Of a DNA stretch of 64,000 nt, positions 28,946 through 38,934 are shown in pieces. Within the stretch, counting starts at the first letter, position 1. Each line of letters starts with the position of its first letter. Under the pieces are notes generated by a model. It was not told the origin of the DNA, did no database searches, and saw only the letters and a list, made by a program, of their open reading frames with translations. The translations under genes were made by a program, and so were the position numbers. The stretch covers positions 10,354 to 74,353 of the forward strand of contig JAIXWP010000103.1 of NCBI GenBank assembly GCA_027491215.1, in the 5' to 3' direction. This stretch comes from Flavobacteriales bacterium (GTDB taxonomy: Bacteria > Bacteroidota > Bacteroidia > Flavobacteriales_D > Sanyastnellaceae).

Positions 28946-30634
28946 ATGACATCTACCAAGAATATCCCGTTTTGGCATCTTCTTTTTTGCCTATTTGTTT
29001 TAAGTAGTTCTTGTTCAACTGCACAGAACAATGCTAAGGTGAAAACGACTCCTACGCCAGCAGAAACTGCTCATCAACCTAAATTGATTGTTGGAATTAC
29101 GGTTGATCAAATGCGCTATGATTACATTGAAAAATTCTGGGAGGACCTCAGTGAAGATGGGTTCAAGAAATTAGTTAACGAAGGCTTTTTCGCGCGCAAT
29201 CTTCATTACAACTATATGCCTACTTTCACCGGACCAGGGCATGCAGCAATATATACGGGCACTACTCCAGCATTTAATGGCATTATAGCGAACGATTGGT
29301 ACGAACGCTCCTCCAACAAAATGGTGTATTGCTCTTCAGACTCAACGGTATCAGGTGTTGGAACAAACTCCGCTGCGGGCAAAATGTCGCCACATTATTT
29401 GACGAGTACTACATTAGGTGACGAGCTAAAATTATTTAGCAATCAAAGATCAAAAGTCATCGGTATTGCGATGAAAGATAGAGGTGCAATTCTTCCTGCC
29501 GGTCGCACTGCTGATGCTGCTTATTGGTTCGTTGGAGGCAATGAAGGAGTATGGGCAACTAGCACTTGGTATATGGATTCATTACCAAATTGGGTAGTTG
29601 ATTACAACGCTAAACGGGTTCCTGAAACGGTGATGTCCAAATCTTGGGACTTTCTCCTGCCGACAGAAAAATACGATGAGAGCATGGAAGATAATAATGC
29701 ATTCGAGCTCCCATTCAAAGGTCTCACACGTCCAGTGATGCCATATTCTATGTCAGAACTGCGTGCTCAAAACAGTAATTATGATTTGATCAAAGCCACT
29801 CCATTCGGAAATAGCTTGACCGCAGAATTTGGTAAGCAGGTCATAGAAAAAGAACAACTGGGTAAAGACGAACATACAGACATGCTTTGTATGAGTTTCT
29901 CAAGTACCGACTACGTCGGGCATCAGTTTGGTATTCATTCAAAAGAACTTCAGGATTGCTATCTCAGACTTGATAGAGACATTGCAGACTTCATCAAATA
30001 TCTGGATGCAACTGTTGGAAAAGGGAATTACTTGATCTTCCTTTCTGCAGATCACGCGGGCGCTCCAACTCCAAGCTATGTAATGGAAAATAAAGGAGCA
30101 GCAGGCTATTGGAAAAGCGATCGACTAGAAGAAAAAGTACAGAATTTTCTTACAGAAAAATATGGCGAAGGTTCATGGATTGTAAATGAAACCAATCAGA
30201 ATATTTTCTTAAACCGAACGCTCATTCGGGAGAAAAAACTAAGTCTCAAATCTATTCAAATGGATGTTTCTGATTTTGTTGCTGACCAAGAAAACATACT
30301 AATGGCCTTCAATGCTGCAGACTTAAGTCGAATTGGCGATAAGTCACCTATGGCAGTGCGAGCGCAGTTAGGCTTCCACCAGCGTCATTCAGGTGATGTT
30401 ATTTACATCCTCGATTCTGGTTATATGGAATATGGAATGCAAGGCACCACTCACGGCTCACCATTCACTTATGACACACATGTTCCCGCACTATTTTATG
30501 GATTTGGTGTGAAGCAAGGAGAAACTTTTCAGCCACAAACCATCTGTGATATTGCTCCAACCGTTGCCGCTATTTGCAAACTTCCACTACCGAGTTCTGC
30601 CATTGGATCTCCCATTAATACCCTTGTAAAATAA
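28946..30634 (+). CDS. alkaline phosphatase / nucleotide pyrophosphatase family lipoprotein (PafA-like)
   Basis: 562 aa. Lipoprotein-like leader ...FVLSSSCS. It has the motif VGITVDQMRYDY, TGPGHAAIYTG (nucleophile region) and SADHG. The architecture matches Bacteroidota PafA-type phosphatases. Confidence 0.7.
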   Translation: MTSTKNIPFWHLLFCLFVLSSSCSTAQNNAKVKTTPTPAETAHQPKLIVGITVDQMRYDYIEKFWEDLSEDGFKKLVNEGFFARNLHYNYMPTFTGPGHAAIYTGTTPAFNGIIANDWYERSSNKMVYCSSDSTVSGVGTNSAAGKMSPHYLTSTTLGDELKLFSNQRSKVIGIAMKDRGAILPAGRTADAAYWFVGGNEGVWATSTWYMDSLPNWVVDYNAKRVPETVMSKSWDFLLPTEKYDESMEDNNAFELPFKGLTRPVMPYSMSELRAQNSNYDLIKATPFGNSLTAEFGKQVIEKEQLGKDEHTDMLCMSFSSTDYVGHQFGIHSKELQDCYLRLDRDIADFIKYLDATVGKGNYLIFLSADHAGAPTPSYVMENKGAAGYWKSDRLEEKVQNFLTEKYGEGSWIVNETNQNIFLNRTLIREKKLSLKSIQMDVSDFVADQENILMAFNAADLSRIGDKSPMAVRAQLGFHQRHSGDVIYILDSGYMEYGMQGTTHGSPFTYDTHVPALFYGFGVKQGETFQPQTICDIAPTVAAICKLPLPSSAIGSPINTLVK

Positions 30635-30635
30635 T

Positions 30636-32330
30636 ATGATTCGTTACGAAGTTTCTTATAGTCATCCTCATCGACATAGCATCTCATTCAAAGCTACATT
30701 TCCATCGAGTGGGTTCCATCAAATCCAATTGCAGCTCCCTTCATGGAGACCTGGTCGATATGAGTTAGGAAATTTCGCGAAGAATATTTTACATTGGAAA
30801 GCTTTCGCTTCGAATGGTGAACAACTGAGCTATAGAAAAATAACTAAGGATCTATGGGAAGTGGACACGAATGGCTCACCTGTAGTTCATATCACCTATG
30901 ATTATTATGCGGCCGACCTCAATGCAGGTAGTAGCTATCTCGATGAAGAGATGCTATACATTAATCCTGTAAACTGCTTCTTCTTCGATCCTCTACAGAC
31001 CAATAAAAAGTACCATGTAACTTTTCATCTTCCCGATGAATATCAACTGGCCTGTGGTTTACATAAAGAATCAAATCACGTTCTTCTTGCTGAAAATTTC
31101 GATGAACTTGCAGATGCACCCTTGATTGCATCCGCGAAGCTACAGCACGTCTCATACGTTTGTAATAACATCACATTTCATATTTGGATGAAAGGTGATG
31201 TCATTCCGGATAAAGAAAAACTAGCACGAGATTTCCAACTTTTCACTCAAGCTCACTTCGATATTTTTGGTGATATTCCTTGTAATGAATATCACTTTCT
31301 TTTCCACTTCCCATCGCATTTTATTCGCCACGGAGTGGAACATCACAATTCAACAGTGATAGCAATGGGACCAGCAACGGAGTTCGTTTCTGGAAATGGT
31401 TATGCTGATTTGCTAGCGATTTCATGTCATGAATTATTTCATACTTGGAATGTAAAAAGTATCCGTCCCATTGAAATGATGCCGTATGATTTTACCAAAG
31501 AAAATTATTCTGAACTTGGATATGTAGCAGAAGGTATCACCACTTATTACGGCGACTATTTGCTGTACCGATGTGGATTAATGAATGAAGATGGTTGGCA
31601 GAACGTGCTTGCCGAAGCCATACAAGAACACATGCTGAATCAAGGCAGATTCAATCTTTCAGTAGCTCAAAGCAGTATAGAAACATGGCTAGATGGATAT
31701 ACACCTGGTATTCCATGGAGAAAAGTTTCTATTTATAATGAAGGTTGTTTGATCGCGTACATTGCAGATGCATTAATTAAAAAGTTCACTAACAATCAAA
31801 AATCGCTCGACGATGTGATGCGTTTGATGTACGAGCGATTTGGAAAAACAGGAATCGGATACTCTTCTGCTGACTATAAGTTCATACTCGAAGAAGTGGG
31901 AGGATTTTCATTTGATGAAATCTTTGTCAAACTATACAATGGCACAAGCGACTATATGCCATACATCATTCAAGCACTTGAAATAAATGGCTATCAATTG
32001 ATGGAAGGTCCATCTCCAAAATATTCCGAAAGCAATTTGGGAATGTCCATTGATGAAACTGGCGGAAAAAATACTATTTCCTTCATCTTAAAAGACGGTC
32101 CTGCGGATCAAGCAGGACTGTGGTACAGCGATGAAGTCATCAGTATCAATGGAATTCATGCATATAAAAATATGCAAAGCTTACTGCGCTTAGGGGGAAG
32201 TGAGTTAACTGTGGAGTTTAGTAGAAAAAACAAAACCAAAAAGGCGGTGCTTCTAAACGGTCAAGAAGTATTTATGAAGCGCTACTTTGTAGCTAAGAAA
32301 TCTTCAATCACATCGAGCACTGAGGGATAA
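30636..32330 (+). CDS. M61 family (glycyl aminopeptidase-like) metallopeptidase with a C-terminal PDZ domain
   Basis: 564 aa. Zinc motif HELFHTWN (HExxH) with a downstream E (GYVAEGITTYY). PDZ-like C-terminus (ADQAGLWYSDEVISING). It starts 1 nt after the preceding stop. Confidence 0.8.
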   Translation: MIRYEVSYSHPHRHSISFKATFPSSGFHQIQLQLPSWRPGRYELGNFAKNILHWKAFASNGEQLSYRKITKDLWEVDTNGSPVVHITYDYYAADLNAGSSYLDEEMLYINPVNCFFFDPLQTNKKYHVTFHLPDEYQLACGLHKESNHVLLAENFDELADAPLIASAKLQHVSYVCNNITFHIWMKGDVIPDKEKLARDFQLFTQAHFDIFGDIPCNEYHFLFHFPSHFIRHGVEHHNSTVIAMGPATEFVSGNGYADLLAISCHELFHTWNVKSIRPIEMMPYDFTKENYSELGYVAEGITTYYGDYLLYRCGLMNEDGWQNVLAEAIQEHMLNQGRFNLSVAQSSIETWLDGYTPGIPWRKVSIYNEGCLIAYIADALIKKFTNNQKSLDDVMRLMYERFGKTGIGYSSADYKFILEEVGGFSFDEIFVKLYNGTSDYMPYIIQALEINGYQLMEGPSPKYSESNLGMSIDETGGKNTISFILKDGPADQAGLWYSDEVISINGIHAYKNMQSLLRLGGSELTVEFSRKNKTKKAVLLNGQEVFMKRYFVAKKSSITSSTEG

Positions 32331-32905
32331 GTATTAGCCTTCACAATATTCAACGCCGTAACATCGAGCCATCTTGTTTCAGTAATACCTTCTTCTAACT
32401 GAGGCTTAGGTGTTGCAGTACCGTTATATTTCATCACGTACCAAGCAGTGCACTTCAGCATAGGATCACCTTTTTGAATGTATGTATGCCAAGAGGACTG
32501 AAGCGGGTATAGAATCTCGAGGTCACCAATCGCGCACTCCTCTTCGACTTCGCGCAATGCTCCTGCGTCAATTTGCTCGTTATCTTCTACTTTCCCTTTT
32601 GGCAAATCCCACTTTTCATGTCGGTAGATAAATAGGAGTTTACCTGCGTCATTCAACACCAATCCGCCAGCAGCCTGAACAAACTCAAACTGCTCCGCGA
32701 ATTTTTTCCAAGCTCCTTCCACATCTGTGCACACAACATAGATAGCCTTTGCTCCGCGAGCCACGGCGCTCTCAATCAAGAGGATATCCATTTTACCACA
32801 AGAGCGAATAATCTCGGCACCTTTAAAAATTAAGGACGCTTCAGGTTCAGACTGTGTAAAAATCACAGGTCGATTGGAGAAATATACTTTATACTTTTGG
32901 GCCAT
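32282..32905 (-). CDS. NUDIX hydrolase with an N-terminal extra domain
   Basis: 207 aa. NUDIX box GKVEDNEQIDAGALREVEEECAI (G-x5-E-x7-R-E-x2-E-E-x-G/A). Confidence 0.8.
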   Translation of the reverse strand: MAQKYKVYFSNRPVIFTQSEPEASLIFKGAEIIRSCGKMDILLIESAVARGAKAIYVVCTDVEGAWKKFAEQFEFVQAAGGLVLNDAGKLLFIYRHEKWDLPKGKVEDNEQIDAGALREVEEECAIGDLEILYPLQSSWHTYIQKGDPMLKCTAWYVMKYNGTATPKPQLEEGITETRWLDVTALNIVKANTYPSVLDVIEDFLATK

Positions 32906-33563
32906 GGATCATAAAAAAGAACGCGCGTTAAAAGTAGCAGATTTCCTGTTGCAAATCTCTGCTGTTAAACTTTCTCCTGAAAATCCCTTCACATGGGCAT
33001 CTGGAATGAGGTCACCTATCTATTGCGATAACCGCAAAACGCTCTCATATCCTGACATTCGTAGAGGCATTTGCCAAGCATTTGCAGAAACTATAAAAGA
33101 AAATTACTCTAATGTTGAAGTGATTGCTGGAGTTGCAACAGGCGGCATAGCTATCGGGGCGCTCGTTGCGGAAGCATTGAATCTCCCATTTATCTATGTG
33201 CGAAGCGAAGCTAAAAAACACGGTCTTGGCAATCAAGTAGAAGGTGTATTTCAAGAAGGACAAAAAGTAGTGGTGATTGAAGACCTTATTTCTACTGGAA
33301 AAAGTAGCCTTACTGCAGTGGATGCACTTCGTGAAGCAAAGGCAGACATTATTGGCATGGTAGCAATATTTACTTATGGATTCCCTAAGGCAGTTGAAAA
33401 TTTCACCAATGCGAATTGTGCTGTCCAAACATTGAGCGATTATGATCATCTTTTAGAGCAAGCTGTAAATTCTAACTATATTTCGAACGAACAACACACT
33501 GCACTCTCAAATTGGAAGCTTGATCCAGAAAAATGGAGCAATGCATTTCAAGAGGCGCAATAA
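32904..33563 (+). CDS. pyrE: orotate phosphoribosyltransferase
   Basis: The ORF track starts at 32874. I prefer the ATG at 32904 (MDHKKERALKVADFLLQI...), which aligns with PyrE N-termini. Motifs include FTWASGMRSPIYCDNR and the PRPP-binding loop VVVIEDLISTGKS. Confidence 0.9.
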   Translation: MDHKKERALKVADFLLQISAVKLSPENPFTWASGMRSPIYCDNRKTLSYPDIRRGICQAFAETIKENYSNVEVIAGVATGGIAIGALVAEALNLPFIYVRSEAKKHGLGNQVEGVFQEGQKVVVIEDLISTGKSSLTAVDALREAKADIIGMVAIFTYGFPKAVENFTNANCAVQTLSDYDHLLEQAVNSNYISNEQHTALSNWKLDPEKWSNAFQEAQ

Positions 33564-33575
33564 CTAAGTCTTATT

Positions 33576-33977
33576 ATGGCTACTATCGAAAGCAAAAAAG
33601 TATCAGTCCCCTCCAGTGCTGAGCAAGTATTTACCTTCTTATCTAATACAGATAACATTTATGCATTGCTGCCTCAATCTAAAGTGACAGATTGGAAAAG
33701 CGATGGAACCACTTGCTCATTCAAAGTACAAGGCTCTTATAATATTGGTCTTCGTTTGAAAGAATCAACGCCTCATTCAAAAATTGTTTTTGAAAGTGTC
33801 GAAGGATCACCATTCGCATTTACACTTGAAGTGAATATGAATGAAAGTAATGGCCAAACTGAAGTGCAACAGGTATGCGAAGCTAGTCTGAATCCATTTC
33901 TTGAAATGATCGTGAAAGGCCCATTGAAAAGCCTTTTCGACTATATGGCAGACAAATTAGTTACTGAAGTAAAATAA
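33576..33977 (+). CDS. small SRPBCC-like (START/Bet v1 fold) protein, function unknown
   Basis: 133 aa. The secondary-structure pattern and the C-terminal long helix (LKSLFDYMADKLVTEV) suggest the SRPBCC fold. No catalytic motif recognised. Confidence 0.4.
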   Translation: MATIESKKVSVPSSAEQVFTFLSNTDNIYALLPQSKVTDWKSDGTTCSFKVQGSYNIGLRLKESTPHSKIVFESVEGSPFAFTLEVNMNESNGQTEVQQVCEASLNPFLEMIVKGPLKSLFDYMADKLVTEVK

Positions 33978-33978
33978 G

Positions 33979-35517
33979 CTAGTCCTTCCAAGTTTTGCCA
34001 CCTTTCGGCTGACGCAAGAGCGCTACAATTTTGTCAAAATCCATTTGAATTCCTTCTGAAGGCTTTCTTGTGTAATCAAACATGTATGCACCATTCGCAT
34101 CGAGCAATATCGAATGTGGTATTGCACGCAAATTAAAAATCTCACGCAACTCCGGATTATTACCACCATATAAGAATGTGAAATTTTGATTCCTGTTGCT
34201 CTGCATATGTGATTTCATTGCATCAATATTATCATCCATACTAATGGCAATGAATTGAATATCCTTTCCGTAAGTCTCTTGAAACTTCGACAGCAACAAC
34301 ATTTCTTTCTTGCACGGCGTGCACCAATCTGCGAAGAAAAAAATATAGGTATATCCATTTAAAGAAGAAGCCGATTCCCACTTTTCGAGCTTGGGTGTCA
34401 AGAGTGTAAAATTTTCCAGCACATAGCCAGCCTTCTGTCGATCTTGTTGGGCTACCAATCGGTTCGCGATGTCCTTATAAGTATTGCACTGAGGCTGCTC
34501 CGACATTTTCTTCATGGTTTGTTTCACCGCAGCTTTCGGATAATCCGAATTTTGAAGAAGCCCTTTCAATCCATTCAAAACCGCAAGTTGGCCTACGCTC
34601 TGAGAGAAGAAAGCGGAATCTTTCATCAATATTTCAACCAATCGGGATGGGTCATTTTCAACATTCACGGCTCTGAGAATGGAGGTATCAACTACGCGCT
34701 TTCGGCCTTCAAGACAACGATCATAATAGGCCGTAAAGAATTTCATGTATGCAGAATGTTTTACCAGAACAGGTTGACTCATCAAATACTCTTGATAGAG
34801 TGTTTTTGCCGGCACTCCAGCCATTAACTCCAACTCAGCAATGGTATAACGATAGTAATTGGAAAAATAAACATTGGTAAATCCAACTTCAAACTTGTCT
34901 ACCATTTGGAGTCTAAAGTTCTCCACCCAATTCGTAAATCCAACTGAATCAATTGTCTCAACTTCCTTTTTTTCTCCATCAACTGGCAATGGTGCTAAGT
35001 CATTTCCAACTGTGCCTTTTAATTGAGCCTTCACAGCTTTTGAGCCTCGATATTTTTCTACAGCAAAATCATAAAAGTGCTCATCTAAAAAGGCATACAA
35101 ATCACTATTAAACTTTGGAATCAAAAGATTAGAATCATCTTTTTCCAGGCCATCAAAAGAAAGGGGAACTGTTGTTTTATCAAATCTCTGAAAATCGTTG
35201 TTATTGGGTGTCGGAAAAGCGGTCAAAGTATAGTTTCTTCCTGGATGGGCATAGAACACACCTTCGGTGCTACCTATCATTAAAAAATACCTCGTGATTT
35301 CAGTTGTGTTTAACTCTAGTTTGAATTTACCAGCACCGTCTGTATTCACCTTGCTAATCATGGTTCTTACAGCGGATAACTCGTCCTCGGTTTGATAAAC
35401 GTAGATCGTTTTGTCGGGATAATTTTTAAGTACGCCAGATAGCACGGTCTGCGCTGAAACCGAAGAGGCTGACAAAGTCAGTATAAGAATTAAAAAAAAT
35501 ACACCTCGTAAACTCAT
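33979..35517 (-). CDS. TlpA-like thiol-disulfide oxidoreductase with a large N-terminal domain
   Basis: The ORF extends to 35571. I prefer the start at 35517 (MSLRGVFFLILILTLSASSVSAQ signal peptide), which also removes the overlap with coaD. The C-terminal thioredoxin fold has the active site WCTPCK. Confidence 0.65.
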   Translation of the reverse strand: MSLRGVFFLILILTLSASSVSAQTVLSGVLKNYPDKTIYVYQTEDELSAVRTMISKVNTDGAGKFKLELNTTEITRYFLMIGSTEGVFYAHPGRNYTLTAFPTPNNNDFQRFDKTTVPLSFDGLEKDDSNLLIPKFNSDLYAFLDEHFYDFAVEKYRGSKAVKAQLKGTVGNDLAPLPVDGEKKEVETIDSVGFTNWVENFRLQMVDKFEVGFTNVYFSNYYRYTIAELELMAGVPAKTLYQEYLMSQPVLVKHSAYMKFFTAYYDRCLEGRKRVVDTSILRAVNVENDPSRLVEILMKDSAFFSQSVGQLAVLNGLKGLLQNSDYPKAAVKQTMKKMSEQPQCNTYKDIANRLVAQQDRQKAGYVLENFTLLTPKLEKWESASSLNGYTYIFFFADWCTPCKKEMLLLSKFQETYGKDIQFIAISMDDNIDAMKSHMQSNRNQNFTFLYGGNNPELREIFNLRAIPHSILLDANGAYMFDYTRKPSEGIQMDFDKIVALLRQPKGGKTWKD

Positions 35518-35524
35518 TCTTAAT

Positions 35525-35989
35525 CTAGGCATGAATGTCGATTTGTTTTGGAACAAACTGAGAAACGTCACCTTTATTTTTAAAGATCTCTCGAATTACT
35601 GTGCTGTGCACAGATGCAAATTCTGGGTCTGTAAATACGAGCACCGTTTCCAAACTTGGCATAAGCGCTTTGTTCATGTGCGCTATCGTACGCTCGTACT
35701 CAAAATCCCCGCCATTTCTTAGGCCTCTCAATAAAAAATGGGCATTATTATTTTCACAAAAATCTACAGTCAAGCCTTCATATGTTTCCACTCTCACATT
35801 GGGAAGATCCTGAAATGTTTGCTCGATCCAAGCCTTTCTTTTTTCCAAGGAGAACATAGATTGCTTAGTGCTATTGATTCCAATGGCAACGATGACTTCA
35901 TCAAATAACACAGCGCCTCTTCTTACAATGTTCTCATGTCCACGTGTAATTGGGTCAAATGATCCTGGGAAAACAGCTATTTTTTTCAT
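35525..35989 (-). CDS. coaD: pantetheine-phosphate adenylyltransferase
   Basis: 154 aa. N-terminal FPGSFDPITRGHENIV (T/H-x-G-H nucleotidyltransferase motif). Confidence 0.9.
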   Translation of the reverse strand: MKKIAVFPGSFDPITRGHENIVRRGAVLFDEVIVAIGINSTKQSMFSLEKRKAWIEQTFQDLPNVRVETYEGLTVDFCENNNAHFLLRGLRNGGDFEYERTIAHMNKALMPSLETVLVFTDPEFASVHSTVIREIFKNKGDVSQFVPKQIDIHA

Positions 35990-36528
35990 GATGAAATTTT
36001 CTTGAAGAAACTAAAATTCACATTACCATATCTGCGATGTTGCACAAATCCTGGTTTGGTTGAGAAATCCATTTTATCCGGATGTTCTAGTACGAAGATA
36101 GCATCATCTTTCAACCAATCCTCTTGGAAAATGATATCTGGAATTTTCATGAGTCCTTCCAAATCATAAGGAGGATCTGCGAAGATCAAATCATATTGAA
36201 TATCTTTTCTTTTGAGAAAATGAAATACGTCCGCCTTGATAACGTCTCCGCCATCAACCTGAAAAGTATCGAAGTTTTTTTGAATGGCCTTGACGTGAAC
36301 AACACTTTGCTCCACGGCCATCACTAGTTCCGCTCCGCGAGACCAGCATTCCAAAGACACAGCGCCGGTGCCTGAAAATAAATCCAGCACTTTTGCTCCA
36401 TCCAACTCCATCATGTGTGAAAGGATGTTGAATAGACTTTCGCGAGCGAAATCTGTAGTTGGTCGGCCTTTGAAATTTTTAGGAACCTCGATGGTGCGGC
36501 CCTTATATTTTCCTGAAATTATCCGCAT
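35986..36528 (-). CDS. rsmD: 16S rRNA (guanine966-N2)-methyltransferase
   Basis: The ORF extends to 36606. I prefer the start MRIISGKYKGR at 36528. SAM motif LDLFSGTGAVSLE and catalytic FADPPY. ATGA overlap with coaD. Confidence 0.85.
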   Translation of the reverse strand: MRIISGKYKGRTIEVPKNFKGRPTTDFARESLFNILSHMMELDGAKVLDLFSGTGAVSLECWSRGAELVMAVEQSVVHVKAIQKNFDTFQVDGGDVIKADVFHFLKRKDIQYDLIFADPPYDLEGLMKIPDIIFQEDWLKDDAIFVLEHPDKMDFSTKPGFVQHRRYGNVNFSFFKKISS

Positions 36529-37358
36529 ATCGCATGAATCAATACTGAATAGAGTTCGTGATCTTCTCCATTCTTCACTCCTCGAATATCCTCTGGTCTT
36601 GTCCAAAAATCGACGGTGCCGATATATTTATCGAGTAGCTCTTTTAATTCTTCTGAAGCTGAGTCACCATACAACATAAGCGAAGATGAAGGCAAATGCA
36701 TATCAAGTCTCATTGCAGCATTTGCAATGTGATAAAGTACATCGTCTTGGCCTTGAATTCCATAGTGATTTGTAAGTTTTATCTCGCCCTTTGCACATGC
36801 AATGACAAGTAAAAACCCTTTCTGCACCAAGGCATGGAAGCCGTCTTTATGCAACGCCGACTTCACTACTTCTTTCAAGAAAAAGCCACACGAGCTATAA
36901 AACTTTGCATTTGGAAAACGTGTCGTGAGCCCTTTTACAACTTGTGGAAGATCATAAACCAATGCCGCTCCCACTTCGTGAACAGCGGCCACTTCAGGGT
37001 TTTCAGCGGTTCTCATTGTTGAGAAACTTAGCAATTCACCTTCTTTTCCTGGAATAATAAATCCTTGTGGAATGAGTGTAAAATCAGGATGGTCAAACGA
37101 TATGGAAGTTTTTCTAAAAACTTTATCTCCCCAATTTTTCAGAGTAACAAAATCTACCGCATCTCTGAAAGGCTCGCCGCTGTTGCCTTCCACGTCAAAT
37201 GCTTCCAGCCACAACACTTCATTGGAGTCGTAGTCAAACACCATCACCTCCACCATTTCTGGATGGACATGAATAGCCAAGTGCAAAGAAGTAGACTTTG
37301 CAGCCAATTCCTTTGGTAGCATTGCTTTTACCGCTGATTCTGGATCGAAAACGCTCAT
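36519..37358 (-). CDS. DUF3822-like protein (function unknown)
   Basis: 279 aa with no recognisable catalytic motif. I assign it by remembered synteny: Bacteroidota DUF3822 genes sit immediately upstream of rsmD-coaD. Confidence 0.45.
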   Translation of the reverse strand: MSVFDPESAVKAMLPKELAAKSTSLHLAIHVHPEMVEVMVFDYDSNEVLWLEAFDVEGNSGEPFRDAVDFVTLKNWGDKVFRKTSISFDHPDFTLIPQGFIIPGKEGELLSFSTMRTAENPEVAAVHEVGAALVYDLPQVVKGLTTRFPNAKFYSSCGFFLKEVVKSALHKDGFHALVQKGFLLVIACAKGEIKLTNHYGIQGQDDVLYHIANAAMRLDMHLPSSSLMLYGDSASEELKELLDKYIGTVDFWTRPEDIRGVKNGEDHELYSVLIHAICG

Positions 37359-37370
37359 AGAACTGCGAAA

Positions 37371-38804
37371 CTACGAAAAGCCGACGAGATACAGTTCTTT
37401 TTGTGCACGAGTAAAGGCCGTATAGATCCAACGGTTCAGCTCCACCCCAAACATCTCCTCTGTCACATAACCTTGATCCACCACTACACAAGGCCACTGG
37501 CCCCCTTGCGATTTATGGCAAGTGATGGCATAAGCAAACTTCACATGAAGGGCGTTGTAGTATGGATCTTCTTGAACTGCTTTCTTGATCTTACCTACAT
37601 TTTCAAGATGCTCATAGTCTTGAGCAATGATGCCGAATAGCTCTTTTGTTTTTTCGTAAGACATCCCCGCGCTTTCTTCCCAGAGCGTGGTAAGCAAAAG
37701 AATTACTTCCATTTCAGGAAGATCAGGAAAGTCGGCCATGCTGACTATCGCCTTGCAAAATCGAAACGGTCCTCGATCCTCAAATCCACGAACGCGCTGA
37801 ATCAATATTACATCACCGTTGGCAATAAAACCACCGGTTACATTTTGCTCTTCCAGCCAGAAATAATTATTCTTTAAGACCATCATTCGATCACTCGAAT
37901 TGATCTCTTCTTCGTGACCTAAAATGCGCGCTCTGACCTCTTGATTATACCTATTTGCATTCTTGTTAGAGCGTGTAATGATGATAGTGCCATCAACAGT
38001 ATATTTTCGGAATGCATCCTCCATAATAGGCTGTAAATCCGATTCTACTTTAAATACATCCTTAAATCCATCATACATGATGAGCGGATATAATTTCTCC
38101 TTCGATTGAATCAATGCCCTAAGGTTCGTTGCATTCTCAAGTATACCAGAGCCTTCCTTTTGTCGAATCACTTCATTTAACTCAAGCTCCGCTATATTAA
38201 GCGAGAATTCACTTCGCAAATAATCCAACAGCAATGCAGGACTTTGATCACTCCCCACGGGGGGCAACTGAGCTCCATCACCGATCAGCACGAGCCTGCA
38301 ACCCTCTCCTGAATAAACGTGCGAGATCAAGTCTTCGAGCAAATCACCACTGCCTACATCTCCACGCACCATACTAAAACGTTCGGTGCCAATCATCGAG
38401 GCTTCATCTACAAAGAATACCGCATTCTCAAACTCATTCTCTTTCAATTCAAACCAGGTGTTGCCCGATCGATCTGACTTTCGATAATAAATTTGTTTGT
38501 GAATCGTGCTTGCATTCATTCCAGAGTAATTCCCCAAAACCTTAGCCGCACGTCCCGTCGGAGCCAGTAGTAAGACCTTCCTCCCCGCTTCTTCCAACAC
38601 CTTTACCATCGCACTAACAGTCGTGGTCTTACCAGTACCTGCATAACCCTTGATGATCAAGGCACACCGTGGCTTTTCAGAATACATCATCCTCGTGAAA
38701 GCATAGAACAAGCGCTTCTGCCCATGTGTGGGATCAAAAGCAAAGTTTTCAAGCAATCGCTGCTCGAACTTTTCTGGTCCTAAAATCTTTCCCGATTTTG
38801 TCAT
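37371..38804 (-). CDS. RecD/Pif1-like SF1 DNA helicase (AAA_30/UvrD_C_2 type)
   Basis: 477 aa. Walker A GYAGTGKTT, Walker B FFVDEASMI, LIGDGAQLPPV (motif III-like) and a C-terminal ITCHKSQGGQW. Confidence 0.75.
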   Translation of the reverse strand: MTKSGKILGPEKFEQRLLENFAFDPTHGQKRLFYAFTRMMYSEKPRCALIIKGYAGTGKTTTVSAMVKVLEEAGRKVLLLAPTGRAAKVLGNYSGMNASTIHKQIYYRKSDRSGNTWFELKENEFENAVFFVDEASMIGTERFSMVRGDVGSGDLLEDLISHVYSGEGCRLVLIGDGAQLPPVGSDQSPALLLDYLRSEFSLNIAELELNEVIRQKEGSGILENATNLRALIQSKEKLYPLIMYDGFKDVFKVESDLQPIMEDAFRKYTVDGTIIITRSNKNANRYNQEVRARILGHEEEINSSDRMMVLKNNYFWLEEQNVTGGFIANGDVILIQRVRGFEDRGPFRFCKAIVSMADFPDLPEMEVILLLTTLWEESAGMSYEKTKELFGIIAQDYEHLENVGKIKKAVQEDPYYNALHVKFAYAITCHKSQGGQWPCVVVDQGYVTEEMFGVELNRWIYTAFTRAQKELYLVGFS

Positions 38805-38934
38805 GCGACAAAGGTCGTGGAACTAAGCAGTCAACGTCAGAATATTTTATACTGTTTACCAAGAAGAATATGCTCAAATATTCAACCTTTTTCAGTAATT
38901 CTTGCTTGAGTAAAAAACTGCTCAGAAAGAAATT

